Shown here piece after piece: positions 38,501-49,864 of a stretch of 64,000 nucleotides of DNA. This DNA is from Cetorhinus maximus (taxonomy: Eukaryota). Made by a program: the position numbers and the translations under genes. The notes under the pieces are model-generated. The model worked only from the letters and a program-made list of their open reading frames with translations. It was not told the origin of the DNA and ran no database searches. Every line of letters starts with the position of its first letter. Position 1 is the first letter of the stretch. The DNA lies in the NCBI RefSeq assembly GCF_964194155.1, contig NC_135888.1, forward strand, positions 27,962,001 to 28,026,000. Direction: 5' to 3'.

Positions 38501-40075
38501 CTTTATGAGTATAATATTTTTATTCACTGATAAACTGTACTCCTTTAAGTTTTATGATTGTTAATGAGAAAATTTCCAGTATACCAATTAATCTCCTTTA
38601 GAGACCAGTTTCTCAGTAAATAATCTATTGCCCATTAAAAAACCCCAAAGGATCACTTTTAGAAACCTTTATCACATTATGAATTGAACTAAGGCAACAT
38701 TCAGAAACAAAAAGTCCCTTTCTATAAAAAGGAGAAAAATGCATTCGGTCATCTCTATGAATAAAGTAATGTTACTGAAGTGACGTTTGTTTTTTAAAAA
38801 AAAGTAATTCTGTACCATACTTGCTGTTGCCTAATTTTGTAGTCATCACAAACACACAGTTTGTGGGTCAATTTCCGGAAATTAAACTTTAACCTGGCAT
38901 CTCTCAATAAACCAACTTCCTCTTAAAGAATAACAAGCTGATAAAGCTGCTGTGACATGACTTATCCTGCACAGGAAAGGATGAAATGGATGAGACAAAG
39001 CAACTGTTGTGCTACAGTTTCTCTTCCAATAAGTGCAGTTTTCATAATAGACCCAGACCTCCTTTGCATGTTCTGTAAATGGTTACATGCGTGCCATTCC
39101 ACTTTACAGTGATGTTTGCATGGAGGTTGCCTAGGTTGTCCTCTTTAACAGTTGTCAAGGCATATCATTCAAGCTAAAACATCACATTTATTTACTTGAT
39201 TAATCACACATAACTAAATAATCAGCAACACAAGGCTTGACAAACGCAATAATTTAAAGGGTCTCATAATATTAATTTTTGAAATATCGCAATCAGTTTA
39301 GATTCTTTTAACTGAAACCACCTGGGAATTGCTGCAGTGCACGGTCTTCCATCAAGCAGCAGCAGCAACATGAAATCACAAGTCTGAAGCAGGGGGGTGC
39401 CTTTAGCACAGGGAAAGCCAATAGCACCTACTTTACTTTGGGTTTTTGACATTCAAGATCAAAACAGTTCTCGCACACTCAGCGTCTAAATATATGATCA
39501 GTTTTGCCTTTCAGGAAAGATTAAATAGGCTGCCGCTGTTTTCTCTGTAAAATAGAATGCTGAGGAGTAACCTGATAGAAGTCTTTAAGTCTATGAAAGT
39601 GTTTGATGGGGTAGACATAGGAAAAGGAGTAGGCCATTTGGCCCTTCAAGCGTTCTCTGCCATTTATTTAGATCATGGCAGATCTGTTTGTGGTTTCAAC
39701 TCCATTTTCCTATCTGCCCTCCATTTCCCTTGACATATAGAAAACATTTCCATTTTCAAGGAGATCAGAACTAGGGGCCACAGATATAAGGTAGTCACAA
39801 ATAAATCCAATAGGAATTCAGTAGAAATTTATTAACCAAAGAGACTATCTAGAGAGGTTAGGATGTTAAATTATGTCTCCACAGGGAGCAGTTCAAGTGA
39901 ATAGAAGGGATGCAACTAAGGAGAAGCTAATCACAAAGACACAAAGGAATAGAAGGATCACAGAACCCCAGAATGATAGAATTCTTACAGCACAGGAGGC
40001 CATTCGTCTCATTGTGTCTGCACCAGTTCTCCGAATGAACAATTCACTTAATGCCATTCTCCCATCTTCTCCCCC

Positions 40076-40385
40076 TGTGGTAATTTAATGTGTAATATAC
40101 ATTTAAGAAGAATGTTGTATTGGAGGATCACATGATCTTAGTATCCGATAGGGAGTAGCGTGGGCTACGTCAGTAGTCTATAGTCAGAGTCAGTAGTGTG
40201 GAGACAGGCTTTGAGTTGAAAGCACACAAGTGTTGCTGCTGAATACCCTTGTAAATAAACAGAATGTGTTCCACTTAAGAAATGTCTGCTGATCAACTCT
40301 GTCTATTGTACCAACCTGGCCATCCCAAAACAAGTGTGCAACCTGGATCCATAAGTCCCAACAAACTGGTGACTAGGATCCAACA
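40076..40385 (+). mobile_element. Solo LTR inserted in a CR1 3' fragment
   Basis: 310 bp bounded by TG...CA (tgtgg...caaca), flanked by cccc on both sides, with an internal AATAAA (~40254). The flanks rejoin as CR1 3' UTR (minus strand). Confidence 0.6.
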
Positions 40386-41419
40386 CCCCTGCACCTTCTT
40401 CCTTTTCAGATAACAGTCTAATTCCATGTAAATGCTTCGACTGAACCTGCCTCCACCATACCTAAATGAGATTAGATGAAGACGGGCGGGAGGAAATGGG
40501 TGTGGAGCAAGAATACTGGCACGGGACTGCTGGGCTGGATGTTATCTAAATTTGTCATGATTACATATGTCACTGCAACTAGGACAGTTTTTAAAAACAA
40601 ATAAAATGGAGGAAAATGACAAGAAGCAGGAAGCACAACAACAAATTGAAAGAGAAACACAAATAAGTATAGGTTAATATTGTGGTTTCAAATTTATCCT
40701 GGGGCTATACACAGACAAGCCAATAGGCCAATCAAACAAAATCATTAAATTCTTGAGTTACTTGCTTTCATAAAAAGAGTAATACAACACAATGGGGAAG
40801 TAAAACACAAGGAGTGGTTAGTGTTCAGCTTCAGCTCCAAAATATTTTGCCCACAAAATTCCAGAAATGCAAGCTGATAACAGCCTAACAAGGGCAACAG
40901 GGCACCTGGGACTCTGATGAATAATGGAACAATAGTGTATTCACTTAACCAATGAAATTTAAGGATTAAGAAATTAACGAAGGAAGGATCGAGAAGAGGT
41001 GGGGAATGAACTAGGGTGGGCAAATTTCTTGTCAAATTAGGTAAAGAAAGATAAATAAGGTAAGGGAAAGAAAGATTGAATTAAAAGAAAAGAGATAAAG
41101 AGAAAAAGAAAAAAGTGCATTTAAAATTTTACACTTATAATTTGGCAGTAACAATTTACTACGTCGAGGAATAAGAATAAGTTCACTATCTGGGGCAAAA
41201 GAGCTCGATTAACAACCATTAACAATAATCATAACATTAAAAGGGCACTTAAACTATTAATTACCAGATTTAACTTCCTGTGATAAGCTGAATGGGATAT
41301 AATGCAGCAAATGACGTGAAAATCACAGGGACATTATGGGCAAAATGTTCTTTATGCAAAGCCAACTGCTAGGGTGATAAAAATCACCAGAAAATTTGGA
41401 TAATCAAAATTCACAGGTA

Positions 41420-42660
41420 TCTCTTCCTCCCTTGCTGATGTGCACACTGATAACAATACATTCTTAGCCCTCTACTATTTCTGATCCATATACTGCCCCT
41501 CAGCAACATCATCCAAAACCAAAATGTCAGGCAGCACAGGTAAGCTGATGATACCCAGCTCTTTCTCACTTCCATCTCTCCTGAACCTTTCACCACCTCT
41601 AATTTGTCACACTCCCGGTGTCACACCTAGATATGCAGAAATGTTTTCTAAAGAAATATTGGGAAGAACTCAGACACTGGGACTGAATCCACCCTAGGGC
41701 GTAACAGTCACTGGCTGGAATTTTGATAAGTGTGCCTCCTTAATTGGCACTGAGACAGGTTTGCTGTCCAATTAAGGGTGGTGGGCAGGCTCTTAAAGCT
41801 GGAGGGCCAATCAGAGGTGCATCTAGCTGCAGTAGAAGGTGAGTAACAGAGGGAGTGTCAACAGGAAGGTGCTCTCTCAAAGTTTAATTTAAAAAAATAG
41901 AAGTAGTTAGGAGGTAGATTTGTTTTGAACCTACCTTGGTCAAAATGGCTAATGCCAAGAATGGGGTTAGGAAATTGGCATGCTGCCTATGCCAGTGTTT
42001 TGGGTCCTATCTGCCTTTGTTTCTGGCCTTAGTGACACCTGAAAATCCTGTCGTTTTTTTTTTTCAGTCCTCACCACAAACTCTATTCCCTGATCAGTAT
42101 CTCCATCTTTTTTTCCCCCCAGCAAACGTCTGAAGCCAACAGGTCTGTTCACAACCTTGGCATCCCATTTTACCCCAAGATGTGTTTCTGACCTTATATT
42201 TCCATCATATTGCCTGAGTCTGCCCCTACTCATCTGCTACTGAAACCTTTGTCCATGCCATTGTTACTCGACGTTATTACTCCAGTGCTCTTCTGGCTAG
42301 CTTCTCACCTTGCACACATGGTAAACTTGAGCTTATCCAAAACTCTGCAGCCTGTATCTTAACTTGCTTCCCCACCCGGTTCACCCACCTCCCTTGTGCT
42401 CACTAACTGGTATGGGTGCCTGGTACAGGAAAACCTAATTCTCAACCTTGTTTTCAAATCCCTTCCTACCCTCCTATCTCTGTAACCTCCTACGACCTTC
42501 CGGAAGGTCTCTGTGGTCCTCCAATTCTTGCCTTTTGTGTATCCTTGATTCTCAGCATTGACCAGAGGCCCCAACCTAAATTACCTCTCCGCCTCCAAGA
42601 CGCTCCTTCAAACCTGCCTCTTTGACTAAGCTTCTCGTCATCTATTCTAACATCTATTAC
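41420..42660 (+). mobile_element. Decayed L2-type LINE fragments with an intervening MITE-like insert
   Basis: Remnants of LSPLLFLI..LPL...ADDTQL and LELIQNSAA, plus an L2-like 3' end. Confidence 0.55.
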
Positions 42661-42859
42661 TTAATTGGCAAAAAGATGCGAAGTCTCTTGTTGTTTTTGT
42701 AAGTCATTTTGAGGTTTTTCAGAGGGCGATTATTTTTTTTCCCCCAGCAAGGACAAATGGGATGACAGGAAAGTCACAACAATCAACACGAACACTTATA
42801 GCTGCTTTATAATTTGTTTTCCGTAATACCAGTCTTTACACCTTCCAATCCCCCCTCCT

Positions 42860-43256
42860 CTCTCCGATGATGACTGTGCAAGTCGTGTGACGCGCGTGAA
42901 TTTTTTTTTAAACCCCTCCCCCCCCCCCCCAAAAAAAAAAGAAGTGAAATTAATGGGAGCGAGTTTGTCTGGAGGAAACTGACCGGATTGAAAGCGGTGG
43001 CATTTCAGGCAGGCAGGCAGGCAGGAGGAAGGAAGGGAGGGGGGTGGGGGGTGAGGAAGGGGCTGGCCGGTCCGCACTCACTCTGAGCGGAGCAAGCCAG
43101 CGAAGGGCAGCGGCTGCTCGGAAAGCCCCGGCGAGCGGAACTGCGGCGGGGACGGTGATCAAGCCTGACTGTGGATGGGGCAGCGTGGCTCTCCGAGTCA
43201 GCCTCCATCCAAGACCCGAAGCTTTTAAAACCCCAAATGATAATACATGTATTAAA
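42860..43256 (+). promoter_or_regulatory. CpG-rich promoter and 5' leader of the second TNFSF gene
   Basis: CpG-dense island directly upstream of exon 1. GTGACGCG at ~42887, IRF-like AAGTGAAA at ~42942, G-rich tract at 43035-43062. Confidence 0.5.
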
Positions 43257-43373
43257 ATGAAACCAGACTGCTTCCGATGTTTTCGCCTGAACTGCCTCTG
43301 TGCGGCTCTTCTACTTGTCGCCTCCCTCACATTTCTCATCCTCAAGAAGCAAAACTCTGCCGGCTTCCTATTG
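43257..43373 (+). CDS. Second TNFSF ligand (TNFSF15-like paralogue) exon 1. Predicted CDS join(43257..43373,43497..43530,47887..47937,49455..49864), ~203 aa
   Basis: MKPDCFRCFRLNCLCAALLLVASLTFLILKKQNSAGFLL contains a type II TM helix and ends at TTG/GCAAGT (GC donor, phase 0). The start codon choice is inferred. Confidence 0.65.
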
Positions 43374-43496
43374 GCAAGTTCACGCTTTCGCTAACTTTAA
43401 AACAAAACAAAAAAATGATTTGCTGTCTATTTATTTGAACGTGTGTATGGTTTCTGGTGTGTTGAAACAATGGCCTGTTCTCATCCTCTTTTTCAG

Positions 43497-43530
43497 GAAG
43501 ATGAAGAAGTGGAAGGTTCCGTTCTGAAAG
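43497..43530 (+). CDS. Second TNFSF gene exon 2 (acidic stalk, 34 nt)
   Basis: ctctttttcag acceptor, EDEEVEGSVLK, AAG/gtaaga donor. Phase 0 to 1, as in TNFSF15 exon 2. Confidence 0.7.
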
Positions 43531-45116
43531 GTAAGAACCTCTTTTACATCTTCAGATAGATGTTCCTGCTGAAGGTCTCCGGAAACTTTAAATTTAAAAA
43601 CAGAAAAGGAGCAAAGTTGTGTTTGGGTGATGAGGGGGATGTTGCTACTTTATCACGACACAACCCTCGGAAGAACAAAAATGTTCCTTCATGCTGATGA
43701 AATAACTTGTGTGGGTGGGCAGATTTATTTAGAACAGTTTGGGGATGTGGGGGGGGTGACCCGCTTAAAAATGATCAGACTGCAGCCTGACTCTGACGCC
43801 ATAAAATAGGCATTTGTTGTTTAAATCCTAACTAAGGGGTCAAGGCCAGTGCAAGGCTTCACCTAGAATGGAGAGCTGAGCTAATCAGAGTAGAAATTGG
43901 GTGATGCCAAGTGTTGCTTTTAACGCCTTTGGGTTGTAGTAGAATTTTTTTTAGAAACCCAGGGCACTAAATAGTTTGAGATTCTGGAAAAGGGATAAAT
44001 TAGGGTAGAGAAGCACAAATGACTTTAAATCATACTGGTCATATGAAAATTGGAGATGAAAAACATGCTTCACTATGGCAATAGATATGGGTACAGATGG
44101 CAAGCCACAGAGATTAGAAAGGATAATCAAAGAGTTGGATTTTCATTAAGTTTTTAAAAGTCATTAGTAGTGCAGTGGGGGTGTGAGGGGCAGCTCTGTA
44201 CAGTGGGCTAACACAGCTGAGGTTCTGCCACCAAGAGGTGCACAAAATGTCAGTTTTGGAAGAATGCTGAAGGTCAGAATTAATAAGCCAGCAGAGAATG
44301 ACTAAATAAAGTAATAAGGAGGGAGAGATTAGAGTATGAGAGAAAGCTAGCTGGAAACAGGAAAAAAAAGATAGTAAAAGTTTCTACAAGTATTTAAAAA
44401 GAGAGTAACTAAAGTAAGTATGGGTCCTTTAGAGAGAGCCTGGGGAATTAATAATGGGGAAATAAGGAAATGGCAGAAGCGTTGAACAGATATTTTGCAT
44501 CCGTCTTCACCGTAGAAGACACAAATGGACCATCACAGAATACTTGTAAATCAGGAGGTGCAAGGGAGAGAGGAACTTAAAACAATTACAATCACCAGGA
44601 AAAGGATACAGAAAAAGCTATTAGTACTAAAGGCTGACCAGTTCCCAGGTCCTGATCGACTTCATCCTAGAGTCCTAAAAGAAGTCACTGCCAATAGAGT
44701 GTATATTGGTTCTAATTTTCCAAAATTCCCTTGATTCTGGAAAGGTGCCATCAGGTTGGAAAATAGCAAATGTAACTCCTCTATTCAAGAAAGGAAGGCG
44801 ATAGAAAGCGGGTAACTACAGGCCTGTTAGCATAACATCTGTCATAGGCAAAATGCTGGAATCTATAATTAAGGAGACTGACTATAGAAAGGCACTTGGA
44901 GAATCTGAATGCAATTAAGCAGCGTCAATATGGTTTTGTTAAAGGGAAATCCTGTTGCACTAATTTATTGGGGTCCTTTGATGGAGTAACAAGCAACATT
45001 GGTAAAGGGGAACCTGTAGATATGGTCTGGTTGGCTTTCCAAAATGTGTTTGATAAGGTGCCACATCAAAGTTACTGCACAAACTAAGAGTTCATGGCAT
45101 AGGAGACGACCATAAT

Positions 45117-46258
45117 GGGCCATAACTTCCGAGCTCTAGGGTGTCTTACCTGGTGGGCACCACAGGGGCAACAAGACACCTTCCCCCCAACCCCACCGCC
45201 CCCTCCCCCCCCCCGGGAAGTTCCCAGGTGAGGATTGCACAGCAATAGCCTGGGTAGTGCAAACTTCCCATGGGCAATTGCCCTGCACTGGGAACCATCT
45301 GAAAATTGCGATTTAGATCGTAAACTTTGGATGGCTCAGACTGTCATACAGCAATTGTTCCCTAGGAAAAGTTAGAATTAAAACCACTTCTAGCTTCTGG
45401 GTAACTATTATACAGATCCATACTGAACTTCCCCCATACCTCTGACTTCTTCCAACTCCCACGACTGGCTGAACACCCCAATGGGGAGGCGATGGCATAG
45501 TGGTATTGTCACTTGACTAGTAATCCAGAGACTGATGGCGGGATTTTCTGCACCTGCCCACCACTGTGTCTTCCGGTCCCACCGCAAGTCAGTGGACTTC
45601 TGGCAGGAGCGCTGCCTCGCCCACGGTGGGTCCTGCCCATGACGGGGCTGGAAAATCCCAGCCCTACGGTAGGACCTGGGTTCGAATCCTGCCACGACAG
45701 ATGGTGGAATTTGAATTCAATAAAAAAAAAAATCTGGAATTAAAAGCCTAATGATGACCATGAAACCATTGTCGATTTGTTGTTTAAAAACTCATCTGGT
45801 TCACTAATGTCCTTTAGGGAAGGAAATCTGCTGTCCTTACCTGGTCTGGCCTACATGTGACTCCAGACCCACAGCAACATGGTTGACTCTTAAATGCCCT
45901 CTCAACAAGGGCAGTTAGGGATGGGCAATAAATTCTAGCCTAGCCAGCGATGCCCATATCCCATGAATAAATAATAAATCCTAACTTACTGAGAAATCTA
46001 CCTTCGTCTTGGCTTGAAAGTGGCTGGACCTTTAAACTCAATTGATTTATGGCAGCCAGTGCCATAGAAATAGGGGGCATGACCTCTTGGCCTCTGATTC
46101 AGCAGCGCTCGACTGAAAGCCTTAGGAATCTGCTGCCCTGCACAATTCTCACCCAGCCTGAGTCGGAAGGTAGGGCAAGACAGGATCGGAAACGTTTCAA
46201 GGTAAGGAAGTAGAAGTGGAGTGGCAATCTAACTCCGATTGCTGAGAATTTCAGGCCC
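45117..46258. mobile_element. MITE nested in CR1
   Basis: Termini gggccataactt... and ...aatttcaggccc. The CR1 sequence resumes on both sides. Confidence 0.6.
45484..45975 (+). mobile_element. tRNA-derived SINE, itself interrupted by a 128-bp MITE (45537-45664)
   Basis: A-box-like tggcatagtgg and B-box ggttcgaatcc. The 3' tail matches the LINE end at 22060-22125, followed by an A-rich end. Confidence 0.75.
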
Positions 46259-47886
46259 ATTATCATGGATGGAGGATTGGTTGGCTAACAGGAACCCCAG
46301 AGTAGGGATAAATAGGCCATTTTCAGGTTGGCAAGCTGTAACCATGGAGTGCCTCAGGGATGAGTTCTTGGACCTCAACTAGTTACGGTCTATATAAATG
46401 ACTTGGACGAAGGACTGAATATATATTTTCTAAATTTGCTGATGACGCAAAAATGGGCAGAAAAGTAGATATTGAGGACATAGTATACAAAGGGATTAGA
46501 TAGGTTAAGTGAATGGGCAAAAAAATTGGCTGATGGAATATAATGTGGAAAAAGTGAACTCATCCACTTTGGCAGGAAGAATAGTATAGCAGTATACTAT
46601 TTATATGGAGAAAGATTGCAAAACTCCATGGTGTAATGGGATCTGAATCTCTTGGTACATGAATCACAAAAGTTAGTATATAGGTACAGCAAGTGATTAG
46701 GAGATGAATGGAATGTTGACATTTTATTGCAAGGGGAATGGGATATAAAAGTAGGTAAGTTTGCTACAATTGCATTGGGCATTGGTGAGACCATATCTGG
46801 AATTCTGTGTGCAGATTTGGTATCCTTATTTGAAAAGGAATATAACAGCAGTAGAAGCAGTTCTGAGAAGCTTCACTTGACTGATTCCTGAAATGAGGGG
46901 GGTTATCTTGTGAGGAAAGTTTGGGCAGGTTAGGCCTGTATCCATTGTAGTTTAGAAGAATGAGATGCGATATAAGTTTGCAAGGGGACTTGACAGGTTG
47001 GATGCTGAGAGCATGTTTCCCCTTGTGGGAGAGACTAAAACTAGGAGACAGAGATAAGGAGAATCTTTTGAGTGTCATTGGTCTGTGGAATTCTCTTCCC
47101 CAGAGAGCAGTGTAGGCAGAGTCATTGAATATTTTTAGGGTGAGTTAGATAGATTCTTGACTGACAAGGCAGTTAAAGGGTATAGAAGGTAGACAGGATA
47201 GTGGTGTTCATGTCACAGTCAGATCAACCATGATCTTATTAAATGGCGGAGCCGGTTCGAGAGGCCGAATGGCCTAACCCTGTTCCTAATTCGTATGATG
47301 TCAGACTGGATAGGGTGAGAGGCCCTGAGAAAATTTGAGAACAAAGGAGGTGGGGAATTTTAAAGACAAAGAAGGAATTTTAATATAATTTCTTAGATGA
47401 CAGGAAGCCAATACAGGTCAACGAAGGAGGGGTGGGCTGGTGATGAATAATTAGGACTCCTCGAGAAACAAGATAGGGCAATAATATTGATTTCAACTGT
47501 GAATATGCAGGAAGGGAGAATTTGTTTGCGATGGAGTATTTGTAGCTTTGAAGAAAGAGGAAAAGTAGTTCAGGATAGCATTGGCTGCAATGATTTTGAT
47601 AAATATAGATTATGATAGATGGAGATTAGAACTGAAGGAGAAACCATCATCTATTATATGGATAGCAAGGAATGTGGAAGCATTCCAACACCAATAAACA
47701 GCTAGGAAAATGGGGGGCAATACTTAGGTCTGCACACACACCACCATACATCTATTCTTGTTTGTGCAGTTGAACAAAGGAATTTATGTAAACTTTGTGA
47801 ACAAACCATATATTTTTTAAAAACTGCAGCCAAAAAAATGGTGAATTGTTGGGATCAGTAATGAATATTTATTGTTTTATATGTAG

Positions 47887-47937
47887 CTTCAGATCCCATT
47901 CTGTATCACTCTGAAAGACCTGTGGCCCATCTTACCG
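47887..47937 (+). CDS. Second TNFSF gene exon 3
   Basis: (A)SDPILYHSERPVAHLT followed by G/gtaagt. P.AHLT is the TNF strand A motif. An alternative in-frame acceptor lies at 47893. Confidence 0.85.
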
Positions 47938-48704
47938 GTAAGTGTGCCATTCAGTCATGAGCAGGATAGATAAATATTCAAGGAAGTATCCAAAATTTGC
48001 AAATGTTATTATATAGAGAAATTGTGTATTTAAAAAAAGGAAAATTCCTATATGTAACAGTAGAATGTCTTCATAATAATGAGATTCTGGCATTTGTGTG
48101 CCCTTCCTGTCAAGTTTTTTTATTTGCATTTTCCATGCCCATACTCATTATGGTAGCTACTTATGTAAACTTGTCACAGCAATTACATCTTTCAAACAGT
48201 GGTGGTGCTGTAGAACCTTGTGCTTGCATCTCACAACTCATCAACCTGCACTGCAAAGAAACTTCAGTGCTCTAATCAACTCTATCACTTATAAATGTAG
48301 CAATTTGTGAATATTTAACTGTAAATATAAAATCAAATGTTATGTAAAATTAAGGACAGAATGTACAAAGCTATCTTCTGCCTTCTAATCCCCACTTCAC
48401 ATGATGATTGCAATTAGCCTTTAATCCCCAATTCTGTTGCATGGGAGATTGATCAGTTCAGTGCTAAATACAATTGAGTCATAGCTGGAACTCTGGATCA
48501 AAATGATGATCTGACAGAGCATAATATAGTAGGTTATCTAAATTGTTACAAAACAACTTCTACATGGTTAAACGGATTGCTCTGTCAAATGCAAAGTGCC
48601 TGAGCACTGAATTGAACCATTGTTTTTGCAGCATTGCTCAATGGATCAGCTTTTTGAAGTAGTGTTTCTCACCCCCACGAACCTATATGCTTGTTATTTT
48701 CAGC

Positions 48705-49125
48705 ATCAGCTTGGCTCAGTGGTAGCATTGTCACTTCAGAGTCCAAAAGTTGTGAATTCATGTCCCGCTTGAAGACTTGAGCCAATAATCAAGGCTGACA
48801 CTTCATTGGAGAACCGACGGGTTGCTAGAATGTTAGAACTGTTGTCTTTCAGATAAGACTTTAAAACGAGGCCCCATCTGCCTGCTCAGGTGGACATAAA
48901 AGATCCCATGGCATCATTCACTGGAAGAGTCCCTTCTTCAATGTCTTGGATAACTCTTTCCCCTTGGAAGCATCACCAAAGTAGTTTAACTGTTGCTTTA
49001 TCTCATTACTGTTTGTGGAACCTTGTGTGCACATTAGCTGCTGCATTTCTCTACATGAGTGACCATAACTCAGAGCAACCAATTGACTATGATGCACTTT
49101 GGGACATCCTATGGATGTGAAAAGT
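48705..49125 (+). mobile_element. Deu-domain SINE in intron 3
   Basis: tRNA-like head (tggctcagtggtagc) and Deu core ccatctgcctgctcaggtggacataaaagatcccatggca. Confidence 0.75.
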
Positions 49126-49454
49126 TCTTTATTTCTCTATGTTTCATTCACTTTTTTTTTTCAATATCACAAAGGAAGAGGAAAACTAACAGACAATCTC
49201 ACAGTCACAAAATAATATTACATTGATATAGATGAGGGAAAAAAGCACTGCAAAACTATTTTGAAAGGAAACCACCTTGGTGTCACCCCTGGCAATAATG
49301 TAATCACCCAAACTAGATTCTGTGTAGTGTATCTATTAGATCAGTTCTATATGTAATTGTTATGGGTTTTACTATAAAAATAACTGTGTCCAAAACTCTC
49401 TGCAAGAAGATTGATGTAAGCATTTTTGTCAATTAACTTGTCTTTTTTGTAAAG

Positions 49455-49864
49455 GAACAAAATCAAGTGATGGACGTCTCAGATATATGGAATGGGAAAC
49501 TGAGAAGGACCTGGCATTCATCAAAAATGGATTCATTTACCAAAATGGCAGTTTGATTGTACCTGTCACTGGACAGTACTTTGTGTACTCTCAGGTTTAC
49601 CTACGTGCTAAAAACTGTGTGGAAAGCAATACCTTCATTAGACATACAATCAACAAAAGAATACGAACAGATTTGGCTCCCATGACACTAATTAGCAAGA
49701 CCGTTCAGTGTCAACCTAACATAGGTGATTTCTGGTTTCAAACAAACTATGTAGGGGGAAAATTTACTTTGAACAAGGGAGATGAACTGTTTGCCAATAT
49801 TTCTGATTTGGCATTGTTGGGTAATGATGAAAATCAAACATTCTTTGGAGCACTGTTACTATAA
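49455..49864 (+). CDS. Second TNFSF gene exon 4 (TNF homology domain)
   Basis: ttttttgtaaag acceptor, then open frame MEWETEKDLAFIKNGFIYQNGSLIVPVTGQYFVYSQV...WFQTNYVGGKFTLNKGDELFANIS...QTFFGALLL*. Confidence 0.92.

Larger units (their letters stand above)
44250..47300 (+). mobile_element. Decayed CR1 LINE ORF2 filling intron 2, with nested insertions
   Basis: PGPDRLHPRVLKE, NYRPVSITSVIGK, QYGFVKGKSC, GVPQG and KFADD remnants, ending in a CR1 3' UTR. Confidence 0.85.

Noticed and set aside
43044-43256. GTG-initiated 116-aa ORF as the true N-terminus of gene 2
   Set aside because: The GTG start comes from the ORF caller's alternative-start rule and has no support in a vertebrate gene. ATG 43257 was used instead, and an extension is left as an open question.
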